NCBI GenBank assembly: GCA_964370635.1
Contig: CAYJJU010000019.1
Coordinates: forward strand, 4,900 to 33,315
Reading direction: 5' to 3'
Source of the DNA: an uncultured Eubacteriales bacterium
GTDB taxonomy: Bacteria; Bacillota; Clostridia; Oscillospirales; Acutalibacteraceae
Length of the DNA stretch: 28,416 nucleotides
Part shown: piece after piece, positions 7,912 through 16,669 of the stretch
Layout of the letters: each line of letters starts with the position of its first letter
How positions within the stretch are numbered: the stretch's first letter is position 1
Made by a program: the position numbers and the translations under genes
Notes under the pieces: model-generated
Database searches by the model: none
What the model was told of the DNA's origin: nothing
The model's input: only the letters and a program-made list of their open reading frames with translations

Positions 7912-8343
7912 ATGATAGAAATTATTACAAACAGTGTAAAAGAGACAAAAGATTTTGCAAGAAAGTTTGCTAAAACTCTAAAACCCTCTAGCGTCATAGC
8001 GTATTTTGGCTCTATGGGAATGGGTAAAACTGCCTTTACAAGCGGAATAGTCGAGGGGCTTGGCGGAGAAAACATGGTGTCTAGCCCGACTTTTGCCCTA
8101 GTAAATGAGTATGAGCTTGAAAATATTACAGTCTATCATTTTGACATGTACAGGGTAAATAGCATGGACGATTTGTACTCGACAGGTTTTTTTGATTATT
8201 TGGACATGGGAGCGATACTCATAATTGAATGGAGCGAAAATATTCTTGATGCCTTGCCTGATAGTTTTATAAAAATTACTATAGATAAAGGCGAAGGGGA
8301 AAGTCAAAGAATTATTAAAATTGAGGGGGCTGAGGATTATTAA
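7912..8343 (+). CDS. tsaE: tRNA t6A37 biosynthesis ATPase TsaE.
   Basis: GSMGMGKTAFTSG Walker A, SPTFALVNEY and YHFDMYR, with a length of 143 aa. The gene starts 2 nt after the fhs stop. Confidence 0.85.
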   Translation: MIEIITNSVKETKDFARKFAKTLKPSSVIAYFGSMGMGKTAFTSGIVEGLGGENMVSSPTFALVNEYELENITVYHFDMYRVNSMDDLYSTGFFDYLDMGAILIIEWSENILDALPDSFIKITIDKGEGESQRIIKIEGAEDY

Positions 8344-9040
8344 AATTTTAGCGGTGGACTCATCGACAAAATCTGCTTGTGTCGGAGTAATAGAAGACGA
8401 AAAACTACTTGCAGAAAGTTTTTTAAATAATGGCCTTACACATAGCCAAACTTTAATGCCAATGATAAAACATGTCTTAGAGCTAACTAAAGTCAAGGCA
8501 GAGGAGTGCTCCTTTATAGCCGTGACAAACGGCCCCGGCTCGTTTACGGGGGTAAGAATTGGCGTGTCTAGCGTTAAAGGGCTGTGCTTTACAGGCGATA
8601 TACCCTGTGTGCCTGTATCAAGTCTTGAGGCCTTAGCGTATAATTATTGCGGCTTTGATGATAACTTAATCATAAGTGCCGTCATAGATGCAAGGCGAAA
8701 TCAAGTTTATAATGCCCTGTTTAAGTTAGAGAATAAAAAAATAACAAGACTGTGTGACGACAGGGTAATAGATATAAAAGATTTATTTAATGAGCTTTCA
8801 AAATGTGAGGGAAACATAGTATTTGTAGGCGACTGTGTAGATTTATGCATGAGTGAAAATACACTGAAAAATGCACATCCTGCGCCGATATCTTTAAGAG
8901 AGATAAGGGCAGAGCATATAGCAAAAGCGGCGCTGAATAATTTTGACACCGATAAATGCAGTGCAAAACTTGTAAATCCCCAGTATATACAGCTCCCACA
9001 GGCACAGCGAGAATTAAATGAAAAGAGGAATAAAATATGA
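8321..9040 (+). CDS. tsaB: tRNA t6A37 biosynthesis protein TsaB.
   Basis: ILAVDSST near the N-terminus and the GPGSFTGVRIG motif. The start is uncertain: either TTG at 8321, or ATT at 8336, 7 nt after the GAGGGGG at 8322-8328. The gene overlaps the tsaE end. Confidence 0.8.
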   Translation: MRGLRIIKILAVDSSTKSACVGVIEDEKLLAESFLNNGLTHSQTLMPMIKHVLELTKVKAEECSFIAVTNGPGSFTGVRIGVSSVKGLCFTGDIPCVPVSSLEALAYNYCGFDDNLIISAVIDARRNQVYNALFKLENKKITRLCDDRVIDIKDLFNELSKCEGNIVFVGDCVDLCMSENTLKNAHPAPISLREIRAEHIAKAALNNFDTDKCSAKLVNPQYIQLPQAQRELNEKRNKI

Positions 9041-9480
9041 AAATTGCAATAGGCTGCGACCACGGCGGTTTTGAACTTAAAGAGGACGTAAAAAAACACC
9101 TAATCGAAAACAATTATGAAGTAGAAGATTTTGGTTGTTACGATTTAAATGCGGTAGATTACCCCGACATGGCAGAAAAAGTATCAAATTGTGTGGTAGA
9201 AGATGACGCCGATTACGGTGTGCTTATCTGCTCTACAGGAATAGGAATATCAATTGCCGCAAACAAGGTAAAGGGAATAAGGGCGGCACTTTGTGGAGAT
9301 ATTTACAGCGCAAAGATGACAAGGCTTCACAACAATGCAAATGTTTTGTGCATGGGTGCGCATATGATAGCAAAGCAAAATGCAATAAGAATTACAGACA
9401 TCTTTTTAAGCACAGAGTTTGAGGGCGGTCGCCACGAGAACAGAGTTAATTTAATCACAAAAATAGAAGAAAAAAATTAA
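9037..9480 (+). CDS. rpiB: Ribose-5-phosphate isomerase B.
   Basis: [15 protein letters not shown] and [13 protein letters not shown] (RpiB/LacAB family). The start overlaps the tsaB stop in an ATGA junction. Confidence 0.9.
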   Translation: MKIAIGCDHGGFELKEDVKKHLIENNYEVEDFGCYDLNAVDYPDMAEKVSNCVVEDDADYGVLICSTGIGISIAANKVKGIRAALCGDIYSAKMTRLHNNANVLCMGAHMIAKQNAIRITDIFLSTEFEGGRHENRVNLITKIEEKN

Positions 9481-9491
9481 GGAGCAATTAT

Positions 9492-10124
9492 ATGTCAGAC
9501 AAAATTTTCATAATGGAACATCCACTAATACAGCATAAACTTACATTTTTAAGGGATAAAGATACAGGAACAAAGCACTTTAGAGAGCTTGTAAATGAAA
9601 TTGCAACCCTGCTTTGCTATGAGGCAACAAGAGACATGCCACTTGAAGAAATTGAGATAGAAACACCTATGACCAAGACAAAAACAAAGGTAATAGCCGG
9701 CAGAAAAGCGGCGATAGTCCCAATTTTAAGGGCAGGGCTCGGCATGGTTGACGGCATGTTAAACCTAGTGCCATCTGCAAAAGTAGGTCATATAGGCCTT
9801 TATAGAGATCACGACACGCTAAAGCCTGTAGAGTACTACAGCAAACTTCCGTCTGATATTGAAGAAAGAGATGTATTTATACTAGACCCTATGCTTGCAA
9901 CAGGTGGCTCGGCAATTGATGCGATAGAAATGGTAAAAAAACACAATCCAAAAAGTATTAAATTTTTATGCATAATAGCAGCACCGGAGGGCATAGAAGC
10001 CCTGTCAAAAGCACATCCTGACATAGCAATTTACTGCGCATCAAGAGACGAAAAGCTAAATGAAATAGGCTATATCATGCCAGGCCTTGGAGACGCGGGA
10101 GACAGAATTTTCGGTACGAAATAG
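9492..10124 (+). CDS. upp: Uracil phosphoribosyltransferase.
   Basis: PRPP loop [11 protein letters not shown] and the C-terminal signature [16 protein letters not shown], with a length of 210 aa. The rpiB-upp adjacency also occurs in Bacillus. Confidence 0.95.
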   Translation: MSDKIFIMEHPLIQHKLTFLRDKDTGTKHFRELVNEIATLLCYEATRDMPLEEIEIETPMTKTKTKVIAGRKAAIVPILRAGLGMVDGMLNLVPSAKVGHIGLYRDHDTLKPVEYYSKLPSDIEERDVFILDPMLATGGSAIDAIEMVKKHNPKSIKFLCIIAAPEGIEALSKAHPDIAIYCASRDEKLNEIGYIMPGLGDAGDRIFGTK

Positions 10125-10176
10125 GTCAATAGTTTAGAGTTTATGCATTATTCAAAATTATTTTAATATAATATTA

Positions 10177-10212
10177 TTGACATGTATTTGCATGTACGCT
10201 ATAATGTACATG
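10177..10212 (+). promoter_or_regulatory. Consensus sigmaA promoter with overlapping TGTAC(A) palindromic operator candidates for the TA operon.
   Basis: TTGACA (10177-10182), a 17-nt spacer, then TATAAT (10200-10205). The motifs catgta, gcatgtac and tgtacatg are interleaved with the -35, the spacer and the -10. Confidence 0.65.
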
Positions 10213-10225
10213 AGAGGTGACGTTT

Positions 10226-10474
10226 ATGATAAACACTAATATAACCAATTTTAGGAAAAATATTTTTGATATGCTAGGGCAAACGATTAAATGGGGTGAA
10301 CCGCTAAATATAAGTACAAAAGATGGGAATGCCGTGGTACTAAGTGAAGAGGAGTACAATGGCCTCATTGAAACGGCGGCTATAAATGCAAATCCCCTAC
10401 TTAAAACAAAAATTATTGAAGGCCTTAACACGCCTTTAGAGGAATGTGTTTTAGAAGAAGAGGTGGATTTTTAG
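10226..10474 (+). CDS. yefM: Type II antitoxin, Phd/YefM family.
   Basis: The ATG at 10226 lies 6 nt after GAGAGGTG, so the ORF-track GTG at 10217 is less likely. The N-terminus reads INTNITNFRKNIFDML...GEPLNISTKDGNAVVLSEEEYNGLIET, typical of YefM. The gene pairs with a downstream YoeB-like ORF. Confidence 0.85.
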   Translation: MINTNITNFRKNIFDMLGQTIKWGEPLNISTKDGNAVVLSEEEYNGLIETAAINANPLLKTKIIEGLNTPLEECVLEEEVDF

Positions 10475-10737
10475 TGTATAAAATTGTTTACACGAAAAAA
10501 GCATCTCTTGACATTCCAAAGTTAAAGTCGGCAGGCCTTGGCAAAAAGGCTAAAATGCTAATTGATGTATTAAGAGAAAATCCATACCAAAAACCACCTA
10601 GCTTTGAAAAATTGCAAGGTGATTTACTTGGCGCATTTTCAAGGCGAATTAATATAAAACACCGACTTGTATATCAGGTATATGACAGTGAAAAAACCGT
10701 TAAGATAATTAGCCTTTGGTCACATTATGAGTTTTAA
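10474..10737 (+). CDS. yoeB: Type II toxin, YoeB/Txe family mRNA interferase.
   Basis: The GTG at 10474 overlaps the antitoxin stop (TAGTG), with the RBS gaagaggtgg upstream. The sequence VYKIVYTKKA...NPYQKPPSFEKLQGDL.GAFSRRINIKHRLVYQV....VKIISLWSHYE is typical of YoeB. Confidence 0.85.
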   Translation: MYKIVYTKKASLDIPKLKSAGLGKKAKMLIDVLRENPYQKPPSFEKLQGDLLGAFSRRINIKHRLVYQVYDSEKTVKIISLWSHYEF

Positions 10738-10741
10738 AGAG

Positions 10742-10770
10742 ACCCCTGCGACATTCTCGCAGGGGTTCTT
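10742..10770. terminator. Bidirectional terminator hairpin between yoeB and tmcAL.
   Basis: A 10-bp perfect stem acccctgcga/tcgcaggggt with the loop cattc. Confidence 0.6.
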
Positions 10771-10779
10771 CACATTAAT

Positions 10780-11970
10780 TTATTTTCCTTTATAAATAGC
10801 ACTCGACATATTAAGCCCGCATTCTCTTGTTTTTGGGGCGGATAGGGCGTAGATGTCGTCGCATTTGCATTCTAGCTCATACATTTTTAAGGCTTTGCTG
10901 TTAAGTTTTTTTATATCGCTCACTTTTCCTATTATGGGAAGTTTTGGTTTTGCTCGTCTTAAAATTTCCGAGCCGTTTTTGCTCATTGCCAAAATTTTTA
11001 TGTATTTTGGCGTGCACATGCTTTTATCAATACTCAAAAATGCGTGCAGGACTATGCGCCTTATTCTTGCGTGTGAGTAGCGCTTGCTTTTTGTGCTATT
11101 ATATAAATCCTCTAGACTTGTTGCGGTTTTTACCGCTTTATAAAGCTTGTTTCCCAATCCTTCGCTTATGTCGTGTAGTTTAGTAAACTCGCTTTTTTTC
11201 ATGCTTCTAAGTTTACATAATATCGCGGTTTCTAGATTTGTAATACTCGCAGGTGCTTGTCCGCTTTTTATAAGTTTTTCAAGCTCTACATAGGTGTGAT
11301 GGGGAAGTAAGGCTTTTATATTTTCTAAATTCTCATTATATATTCTATCCCTAATGTCCATGGCGCTTGAAAACTCATCGTTTCCAATTTCGTCGTGTGA
11401 CGCACCTTTTCTAAGTATAGATTTAGGTAAAATCTTCGATTTTGTCGTATTTAGTGCATGTATGTATTCAATGCCTAAAATATTATTAGAGCCTGAAAGC
11501 TCGCCTTTATAGTCGCTGCCCATTATTGATGCAACTGTGTTTTCACGGGCGGTGGCATAATTTATTTTCTTATTTAACTCGTCTTTAATCCTTAAATTAA
11601 ATTCATCTGATGAAATAATGTCTGCGATTTCACAAAGTTTTGGTATGTTTCCGCTTTCGCTTCCAAAATGCAAAAAATCCACACATGATAGGGCGTTTAA
11701 AATTTTTACTGCACCCAAAGAAAAGTTTTGCGCGGTCGATGCCGCCACGCCTACGGGCAGCTCAATCACCAAATCTGCGCCACTTAGTACGGCAAGTTTT
11801 GCCCTTGTCCATTTATCGATTATTGCGGCCTCTCCACGCTGTACAAAATTGCCACTCATGACGCATACAACTAAATTGTCTCGTTTCATTTGCCCTAAAA
11901 TATATTCATGACCCTTATGTAGTGGGTTGAATTCACAAATTAATCCCGAAATTTGTTTTTTATTACTCAT
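10780..11970 (-). CDS. tmcAL: tRNA(Met) cytidine acetate ligase (UPF0348/YlbM-type nucleotidyltransferase).
   Basis: The N-terminal GLICEFNPLHKGH resembles the family HxGH motif. Length is 396 aa. Confidence 0.7.
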   Translation of the reverse strand: MSNKKQISGLICEFNPLHKGHEYILGQMKRDNLVVCVMSGNFVQRGEAAIIDKWTRAKLAVLSGADLVIELPVGVAASTAQNFSLGAVKILNALSCVDFLHFGSESGNIPKLCEIADIISSDEFNLRIKDELNKKINYATARENTVASIMGSDYKGELSGSNNILGIEYIHALNTTKSKILPKSILRKGASHDEIGNDEFSSAMDIRDRIYNENLENIKALLPHHTYVELEKLIKSGQAPASITNLETAILCKLRSMKKSEFTKLHDISEGLGNKLYKAVKTATSLEDLYNSTKSKRYSHARIRRIVLHAFLSIDKSMCTPKYIKILAMSKNGSEILRRAKPKLPIIGKVSDIKKLNSKALKMYELECKCDDIYALSAPKTRECGLNMSSAIYKGK

Positions 11971-12076
11971 TTTGTGTAAAAACTCCTTGAATTATTTTTT
12001 GTTTTGTACTATTATAGTATACAGTATTGTAAAAGAAGATACAACAATCTTTAAATATAATTTTGGAGGGCAATAC

Positions 12077-13285
12077 ATGAAAGTATTAATAATCAACGCA
12101 GGTAGTTCGTCACTGAAATACCAACTAATCGACATGGAAACAGAAACCATGCTTGCAAAAGGAAACTGTGAAAAAATTGGTCACGAAATGGGTATTTTCG
12201 GACATAAAACAGCCGACGGCAGGGATAAGTGGTATGAAGTTACTATGAGAGACCACGCAGAAGCATTTGTTCAAGTTAAAAATGCGCTTATACACCCATC
12301 AGTGGGTGTTATAAACAGCTTGTCAGAGGTTACAGCCATCGGGCACAGAGTTGTTCAAGGCGGCTCACTGTTTAGCAAATCGGTAATTATCGATGAAAAC
12401 GTTTTACACGGAATAGAGAGCTTAAATCCGCTTGCTCCGCTTCATAATCCTGCACATGTGCAAGGCATTAAGGCATGTATGAAAGCTTTTGGACCGGATA
12501 TCCCTGAAGTTGCTGTGTTTGATACAGCCTTCCACTCAAGCATGCCTGATAAAGCATATATGTTTGCAATTCCTTATGAATATTACGAAAAATATCAAAT
12601 TAGAAGATATGGTTTCCACGGTACATCTCACAGATATGTAAGTGAGCGCTGTGCGGAAATTATGGGAAGAAAAGATTTAAAAATAATATCATGTCATATA
12701 GGTAATGGCTCATCCATAACAGCCATACAAAACGGCAAAGTGCTAGACACAAGCATGGGACTTACTCCACTTGACGGTTTTATGATGGGAACAAGAACAG
12801 GCACGCTTGATCCTTCAGTTGTTACCTTTATTGCAGAAAAAGAAGAACTATCACCACAGGAGCTTTCAGATTTATTTAACAAAAAATCAGGTCTTTTGGG
12901 AATTTCAGGCGTTTCAAGTGACGACAGAGACGTTACAAAAGCCGAGAGAGAAGGAAACCCAAGGGCTATACTTGCACACAAAATGCTTGTATATCAAATT
13001 CAAAAATTCATCGGTAGCTATGTTGCAGCAATGAATGGCGTTGATGCGATTATATTCACAGCAGGTCTTGGTGAAAATCAAGCATTCCTACGTGAAAGAG
13101 TACTTAAAGATTTAACATGGCTTGGAATCGACTTAGACATTGATGAAAACGAAAAAGCAAGAGGAAGAGAAGGCGAAATTACTACATTTGATAGTAAAGT
13201 AAAAGCCTTTGTAATTCCAACAAACGAAGAGCTTGTCATAGGACGTGACACAAAAGCACTTGTTGAGAGCCTAAAAAGTTTATAA
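12077..13285 (+). CDS. ackA: Acetate kinase.
   Basis: The ATG at 12077 lies 6 nt after GGAGGG, so the ORF-track extension back to 11927 is rejected. Motifs: MKVLIINAGSSSLKYQL, GHRVVQGG, FDTAFH, YGFHGTSH and IPTNEEL. Confidence 0.95.
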   Translation: MKVLIINAGSSSLKYQLIDMETETMLAKGNCEKIGHEMGIFGHKTADGRDKWYEVTMRDHAEAFVQVKNALIHPSVGVINSLSEVTAIGHRVVQGGSLFSKSVIIDENVLHGIESLNPLAPLHNPAHVQGIKACMKAFGPDIPEVAVFDTAFHSSMPDKAYMFAIPYEYYEKYQIRRYGFHGTSHRYVSERCAEIMGRKDLKIISCHIGNGSSITAIQNGKVLDTSMGLTPLDGFMMGTRTGTLDPSVVTFIAEKEELSPQELSDLFNKKSGLLGISGVSSDDRDVTKAEREGNPRAILAHKMLVYQIQKFIGSYVAAMNGVDAIIFTAGLGENQAFLRERVLKDLTWLGIDLDIDENEKARGREGEITTFDSKVKAFVIPTNEELVIGRDTKALVESLKSL

Positions 13286-13295
13286 TTTACTATAT

Positions 13296-13325
13296 AAAGA
13301 CTCGGTGTAAAGCCGAGTCTTTATT
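13296..13325 (+). terminator. Rho-independent terminator of ackA.
   Basis: Stem aaagactcgg/ccgagtcttt with a 7-nt loop, followed by T-rich sequence. Confidence 0.7.
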
Positions 13326-13355
13326 AATTTGTACAAATTATTATCCTTGTATTTG

Positions 13356-13384
13356 TTGACAACTTACAAAGGGTATGTTAAAAT
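13356..13384 (+). promoter_or_regulatory. SigmaA promoter candidate for the lipoprotein gene.
   Basis: TTGACA (13356-13361), a 17-nt spacer ending in tgt, then TAAAAT (13379-13384). Confidence 0.55.
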
Positions 13385-13424
13385 AGCGAAGTTCGCAAAA
13401 CATACAAATAAGGAGTTAAAATTT

Positions 13425-14279
13425 ATGAAAAAAATTATTCTTGCCATAATGCTTTGCATGGCTACACTTTTAGTCGCATGTAATTCAGCACCGGCACAAG
13501 AAGACAGTTCATCACCAGTAGAAAATGAATCACAAGAAGAGAGCGAGTCACAAGAAGAGAGCGAAGAATCAGAATCTGAGCTTGAAAGTGAAGAGCCTGA
13601 AGCTACGCCCGAGCCTGAAGCCACACCAGAGCCTGAAGTAGAAGAAGAGGGCAACGGTGACATGGTTGTAGGCGACTTAGGTATAGATGTTACTACGGCA
13701 ATTGATGCAACAAGCACAACGGCACAAGCACCTGCAGCCATTGGCCAATGGGTAAAAACAGCACGTTATGCAACCGAAGATGACACTTATCACACTATTT
13801 ATGTTAGAGTAAACAGTGTTACAACTCAAACAGAAGACGATGCGTACGTGCAAGAAGCAATTGAGGCGCATAACGCTGTAAGTTACGAATTTTCACAGTT
13901 TACTGTTGAGGATTTAAACCTGCCCGCAGATGTAGAAGTTTGTGTTTTAGATTATGATGTATATATCCCTGCAGAATTTCCGGAAAATCCTGATATAGGA
14001 ATTACAACCATAGATGTAAGCTTCAGTGCAAGCAATATTGAGGGTGGCGGAATACCATCGGCAGACGGCACAAGCACATACATAGGCATGGGTCTTGCAG
14101 ATGATTTGGCTCTTTTAGAAGACGCTACATATTATGCAGGCAATATTTATCCACAAAGAAGCTATTTTGTAATGGTAAAAGGCTTTGAAGGATATGTTTT
14201 AGACTATATTTCATACCCCGACATGACTACTGATACTTCGGAAACCGAATATTATGAGGCATTCCACGCAGCGAACTAA
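13425..14279 (+). CDS. Lipoprotein with an acidic low-complexity linker. Function is unknown.
   Basis: The ATG at 13425 follows AGGAG. The signal peptide MKKIILAIMLCMATLLVAC carries the lipobox LLVAC. An ESQEESESQEES...EPEATPEPEATPEPE tract follows, then a roughly 190-aa globular domain. Confidence 0.75.
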   Translation: MKKIILAIMLCMATLLVACNSAPAQEDSSSPVENESQEESESQEESEESESELESEEPEATPEPEATPEPEVEEEGNGDMVVGDLGIDVTTAIDATSTTAQAPAAIGQWVKTARYATEDDTYHTIYVRVNSVTTQTEDDAYVQEAIEAHNAVSYEFSQFTVEDLNLPADVEVCVLDYDVYIPAEFPENPDIGITTIDVSFSASNIEGGGIPSADGTSTYIGMGLADDLALLEDATYYAGNIYPQRSYFVMVKGFEGYVLDYISYPDMTTDTSETEYYEAFHAAN

Positions 14280-14300
14280 TTTGAGAAAATAAATATTTAA

Positions 14301-14329
14301 AGTGCCTGAAAATTTCGGGCACTTTTTTC
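14301..14329 (+). terminator. Rho-independent terminator of the lipoprotein gene.
   Basis: Stem agtgcctgaaa/tttcgggcact followed by tttttt. Confidence 0.7.
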
Positions 14330-14358
14330 TTGACTGCAATTAAGTTTTTCTGTATAAT
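14330..14358 (+). promoter_or_regulatory. Near-consensus sigmaA promoter of tRNA-Thr.
   Basis: TTGACT (14330-14335), a 17-nt spacer, then TATAAT (14353-14358). The tRNA begins 12 nt downstream. Confidence 0.7.
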
Positions 14359-14369
14359 ATAAGCGTTAA

Positions 14370-14445
14370 GCTTGTGTAGCACAGCCGGTAGTGCAGCTCA
14401 TTCGTAATGAGCAGGTCGTCCGTTCGAGTCGGATCACAAGCTCCA
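14370..14445 (+). tRNA. tRNA-Thr (anticodon CGU).
   Basis: A manual cloverleaf fits. The acceptor stem is gcttgtg/cacaagc and the D arm is gcac-agccggta-gtgc. The anticodon arm is gctca-ttCGTaa-tgagc, the variable loop is aggtc, and the T arm is gtccg-ttcgagt-cggat. The discriminator is t and CCA is encoded. Length is 76 nt. Confidence 0.9.
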
Positions 14446-14516
14446 GTCGAGAGCCTCGACACGCAAAGTCGCACTCCGTATTTGTGGGGTGCGATTTTTT
14501 GCGCCTGCGAATAAAA
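14446..14516 (+). repeat. Copy 1 of a tandemly duplicated two-hairpin module (small hairpin plus terminator) directly after tRNA-Thr.
   Basis: The sequence is gtcgagagcctcgac, then acgcaaa, then gtcgcactccgtatttgtggggtgcgatttttt, then gcgcctgcgaataaaa. A second copy with a few substitutions starts at 14541, giving a 95-bp period. Confidence 0.85.
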
Positions 14517-14540
14517 TTCATAATATAAATAATCTCATGA

Positions 14541-14610
14541 GTCGAGAGCCTCGACATGCAAGTCGCACTCTACATTTGCGGGGTGCGATTTTTTGTGCCT
14601 GCACATAAAA
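14541..14610 (+). repeat. Copy 2 of the two-hairpin or terminator module.
   Basis: The sequence is gtcgagagcctcgac, then atgcaa, then gtcgcactctacatttgcggggtgcgatttttt, then gtgcctgcacataaaa. Confidence 0.85.
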
Positions 14611-14630
14611 GAAGAAGTGTGTCGATTTTG

Positions 14631-14659
14631 TTGACATTAAGTTAAAAAGGGTGTAAAAT
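14631..14659 (+). promoter_or_regulatory. SigmaA promoter candidate for the MCP gene.
   Basis: TTGACA (14631-14636), a 17-nt spacer, then TAAAAT (14654-14659). The RBS ggaaggtgg lies at 14683-14691. Confidence 0.6.
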
Positions 14660-14698
14660 TATAAGTAAGTAGTAGGAGTCTTGGAAGGTGGTTAAATT

Positions 14699-16051
14699 AT
14701 GATTTTAAATACAGTAGTTAAAGTGTCTAAGCTTTTATCAATAAACCAAATGGTTTTGTTGGTATCTTCATTTGTTTTTGGTGTATTATACACACTTTCA
14801 AGTGAGCTAGTTATGGGAGTTAGCTTGGTTGGAAGTCTTTTAATTTTGACAGGCATTAGCCAATACTTTAAGAAGAAAGAGGAATATGTAAAGTGTGCAT
14901 ATATTGTTACTTATACTCAGCTCACAATTATAATTACCTTCGGAATTATATCGCAAAATTTTGCGCCAACTCTCCCGCTTGTTTGCGCAGCCCTTGCCTT
15001 AACCGGTCTTTATTATAATCTGAAATTATATATAAATCAGTGGGTTTTTACAGGTGTAGTTATAATAATTACTTTGTTTTTTAAAGACTGGGTTTACGGC
15101 TCTATAGATAACGGAGATCTTGCTAGACATCTTATTGGGTTTTTCTTTATTTTGTTATTTGAGTATTTTCTTGTTAAATGGGGCAATATGTTTATGGCAA
15201 ATGCCAAGAAAAATGAGGAAAGCTTAAAATCTTTACTGGTACAAGTCGAAACAAAAATGGAAGAAAATGAAAAAAGTAGTAAACTTTTACAAGAGGTTTT
15301 TGATGAGGTGAAGGCCCGCAGTAATAACTTGGAAAACACTTCAAGGAGCATGCTTGAAATTTCTAATTTCTTAAACGAAGCGTCGGCAAATCAGGCTCAA
15401 ATTATAGAGCAGATTTCTTCGCAAAGTGCACAGATGGAAGACGAGGCCATTTCCGCCCAAAAAGAGGCGAAAAATTCTCAAAGTAATGCAATTTTAAGCG
15501 TTGAAAAACTTGAAGAAAATAATGAGCTTATGAAAGACATTCTTTCTGCTGTTATGAAGATTGAAGACTCGTCTACTAAGATTATCGGAATAATCGAAAG
15601 CATAGAAAACATTGCCTTCCAAACAAATATTCTTGCGCTTAATGCTTCAATTGAGGCGGCTAGGGTAGGCGCTGCAGGCAGAGGATTTGCGGTTGTTGCA
15701 GAAGAGGTAAGAACGCTTGCAAGCCATAGTTCAAAGGCGGCAAACGACAGTGCACAGCTTGTAAATGAATCGGTAGAAAATGTAAAAATAGGTGTAAGCC
15801 TAGTTAAAAAAGCTGTAACTAACATGGGTGATGTTATAGAATTTTCAAAATCGGCGGCAAGTTCTGCCGCGGCTATAAGCGATGTAATGGGCGCGCAAGT
15901 CGATAAAAACTATCAAATTGCAAGCAAGGTGCAAGACTTTGGAGAGGACATTGCAAAAACACGACAAACGGCAGAGCAAAATACATCAATTGCAAACGAA
16001 ATCACAAGCGAGCTTAGCTATATTAATAACGCTATAAGAAAAGAAGTTTAA
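14699..16051 (+). CDS. Methyl-accepting chemotaxis protein with a multi-TM N-terminal region and no obvious extracellular sensor.
   Basis: It carries the canonical MCP signalling hairpin [43 protein letters not shown]. About five hydrophobic helices fall within residues 1-165. Confidence 0.9.
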   Translation: MILNTVVKVSKLLSINQMVLLVSSFVFGVLYTLSSELVMGVSLVGSLLILTGISQYFKKKEEYVKCAYIVTYTQLTIIITFGIISQNFAPTLPLVCAALALTGLYYNLKLYINQWVFTGVVIIITLFFKDWVYGSIDNGDLARHLIGFFFILLFEYFLVKWGNMFMANAKKNEESLKSLLVQVETKMEENEKSSKLLQEVFDEVKARSNNLENTSRSMLEISNFLNEASANQAQIIEQISSQSAQMEDEAISAQKEAKNSQSNAILSVEKLEENNELMKDILSAVMKIEDSSTKIIGIIESIENIAFQTNILALNASIEAARVGAAGRGFAVVAEEVRTLASHSSKAANDSAQLVNESVENVKIGVSLVKKAVTNMGDVIEFSKSAASSAAAISDVMGAQVDKNYQIASKVQDFGEDIAKTRQTAEQNTSIANEITSELSYINNAIRKEV

Positions 16052-16054
16052 ATT

Positions 16055-16101
16055 AAAAAAAATCTGAGGCTTGCCTAAAAAGGGAAAGCCTCAGATTTTT
16101 T
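16055..16101. terminator. Bidirectional terminator between the MCP and GNAT genes.
   Basis: Stem aatctgaggctt/aagcctcagatt, flanked by an A-run upstream and a T-run downstream. Confidence 0.7.
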
Positions 16102-16103
16102 AT

Positions 16104-16508
16104 TTATATAGATTTTGAAAAAATAATTTCTAGGGCTTCATGTTCAAATGAAAATGCGCCTATGTCCTTGTATCCGAGTTTGCGGTAAAAATGTTGCGCC
16201 GTTTCATCAGACTGCGTAGAGGTGAGGACAATATCCTTGCCGCAGAGTTTCATTTTATTTTCCCAATAAGAAACTAAGCTGCGCCCATGGCCTTTTCCTC
16301 TATAATTTTCTAAAAAATACAACATGTTCATAAATGGAATGCTATCCCAAAAAAAATTGTATCTTAGCCAGCCGATTTTTTCACCCTCGATTTCGGCAAT
16401 GTAAATCATGCTAGAATTTATAGAGCGCACAAGCTCGTCTTCGCTTATATGTATATCATGCTTAAGTAAAAATTCCTTGTCCTCAAGCCCTGCTGTTTTT
16501 ATGTGCAT
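16104..16508 (-). CDS. GNAT-family N-acetyltransferase.
   Basis: At 134 aa it has the acetyl-CoA-binding-type segment LYFLENYRGKGHGRSLVSYWENKM, and FYRKLGY near the C-terminus. Confidence 0.8.
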   Translation of the reverse strand: MHIKTAGLEDKEFLLKHDIHISEDELVRSINSSMIYIAEIEGEKIGWLRYNFFWDSIPFMNMLYFLENYRGKGHGRSLVSYWENKMKLCGKDIVLTSTQSDETAQHFYRKLGYKDIGAFSFEHEALEIIFSKSI

Positions 16509-16608
16509 GTCTTATACCTCGTTTCACTTTTTAATGTATTATACCAAACAAAAATTTATATGTCCAGAACTTAAATGTTAAAAATCTACTAATTTAGTAT
16601 ACTTTATA

Positions 16609-16636
16609 TTGACAAGTAGAAAAAAAGGAGTATAAT
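16609..16636 (+). promoter_or_regulatory. SigmaA promoter candidate for the aldo-keto reductase gene.
   Basis: TTGACA (16609-16614), a 16-nt spacer, then TATAAT (16631-16636). Confidence 0.55.
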
Positions 16637-16669
16637 GGAGTTACATTAATTTTGAAAAGAGGAAATATT

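Noticed and set aside
10444-10473. ORF-track start of the yoeB-like ORF at 10444 (MCFRRRGGFL...).
   Set aside because: The extension overlaps the antitoxin by 31 nt and adds non-homologous residues. The GTG at 10474 has a good RBS and gives the canonical YoeB N-terminus (VYKIVYT).
12030-12060. A possible CcpA cre site (tgtaaaagaagataca) lies upstream of ackA.
   Set aside because: It lacks the central CG of the cre consensus. The resemblance is limited to the TGTAA...TACA ends.
11927-12076. A 50-codon N-terminal extension of ackA. Similarly, 13329-13424 would extend the lipoprotein and 16652-16669 the AKR.
   Set aside because: Internal ATGs with strong RBSs reproduce the canonical N-termini: MKVLIINAGSSS, the signal peptide MKKIIL, and MNLKF. 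The extensions cover promoter DNA.
14366-14557. A 63-aa minus-strand ORF.
   Set aside because: It lies antisense across tRNA-Thr and its terminator repeats, so it is spurious.
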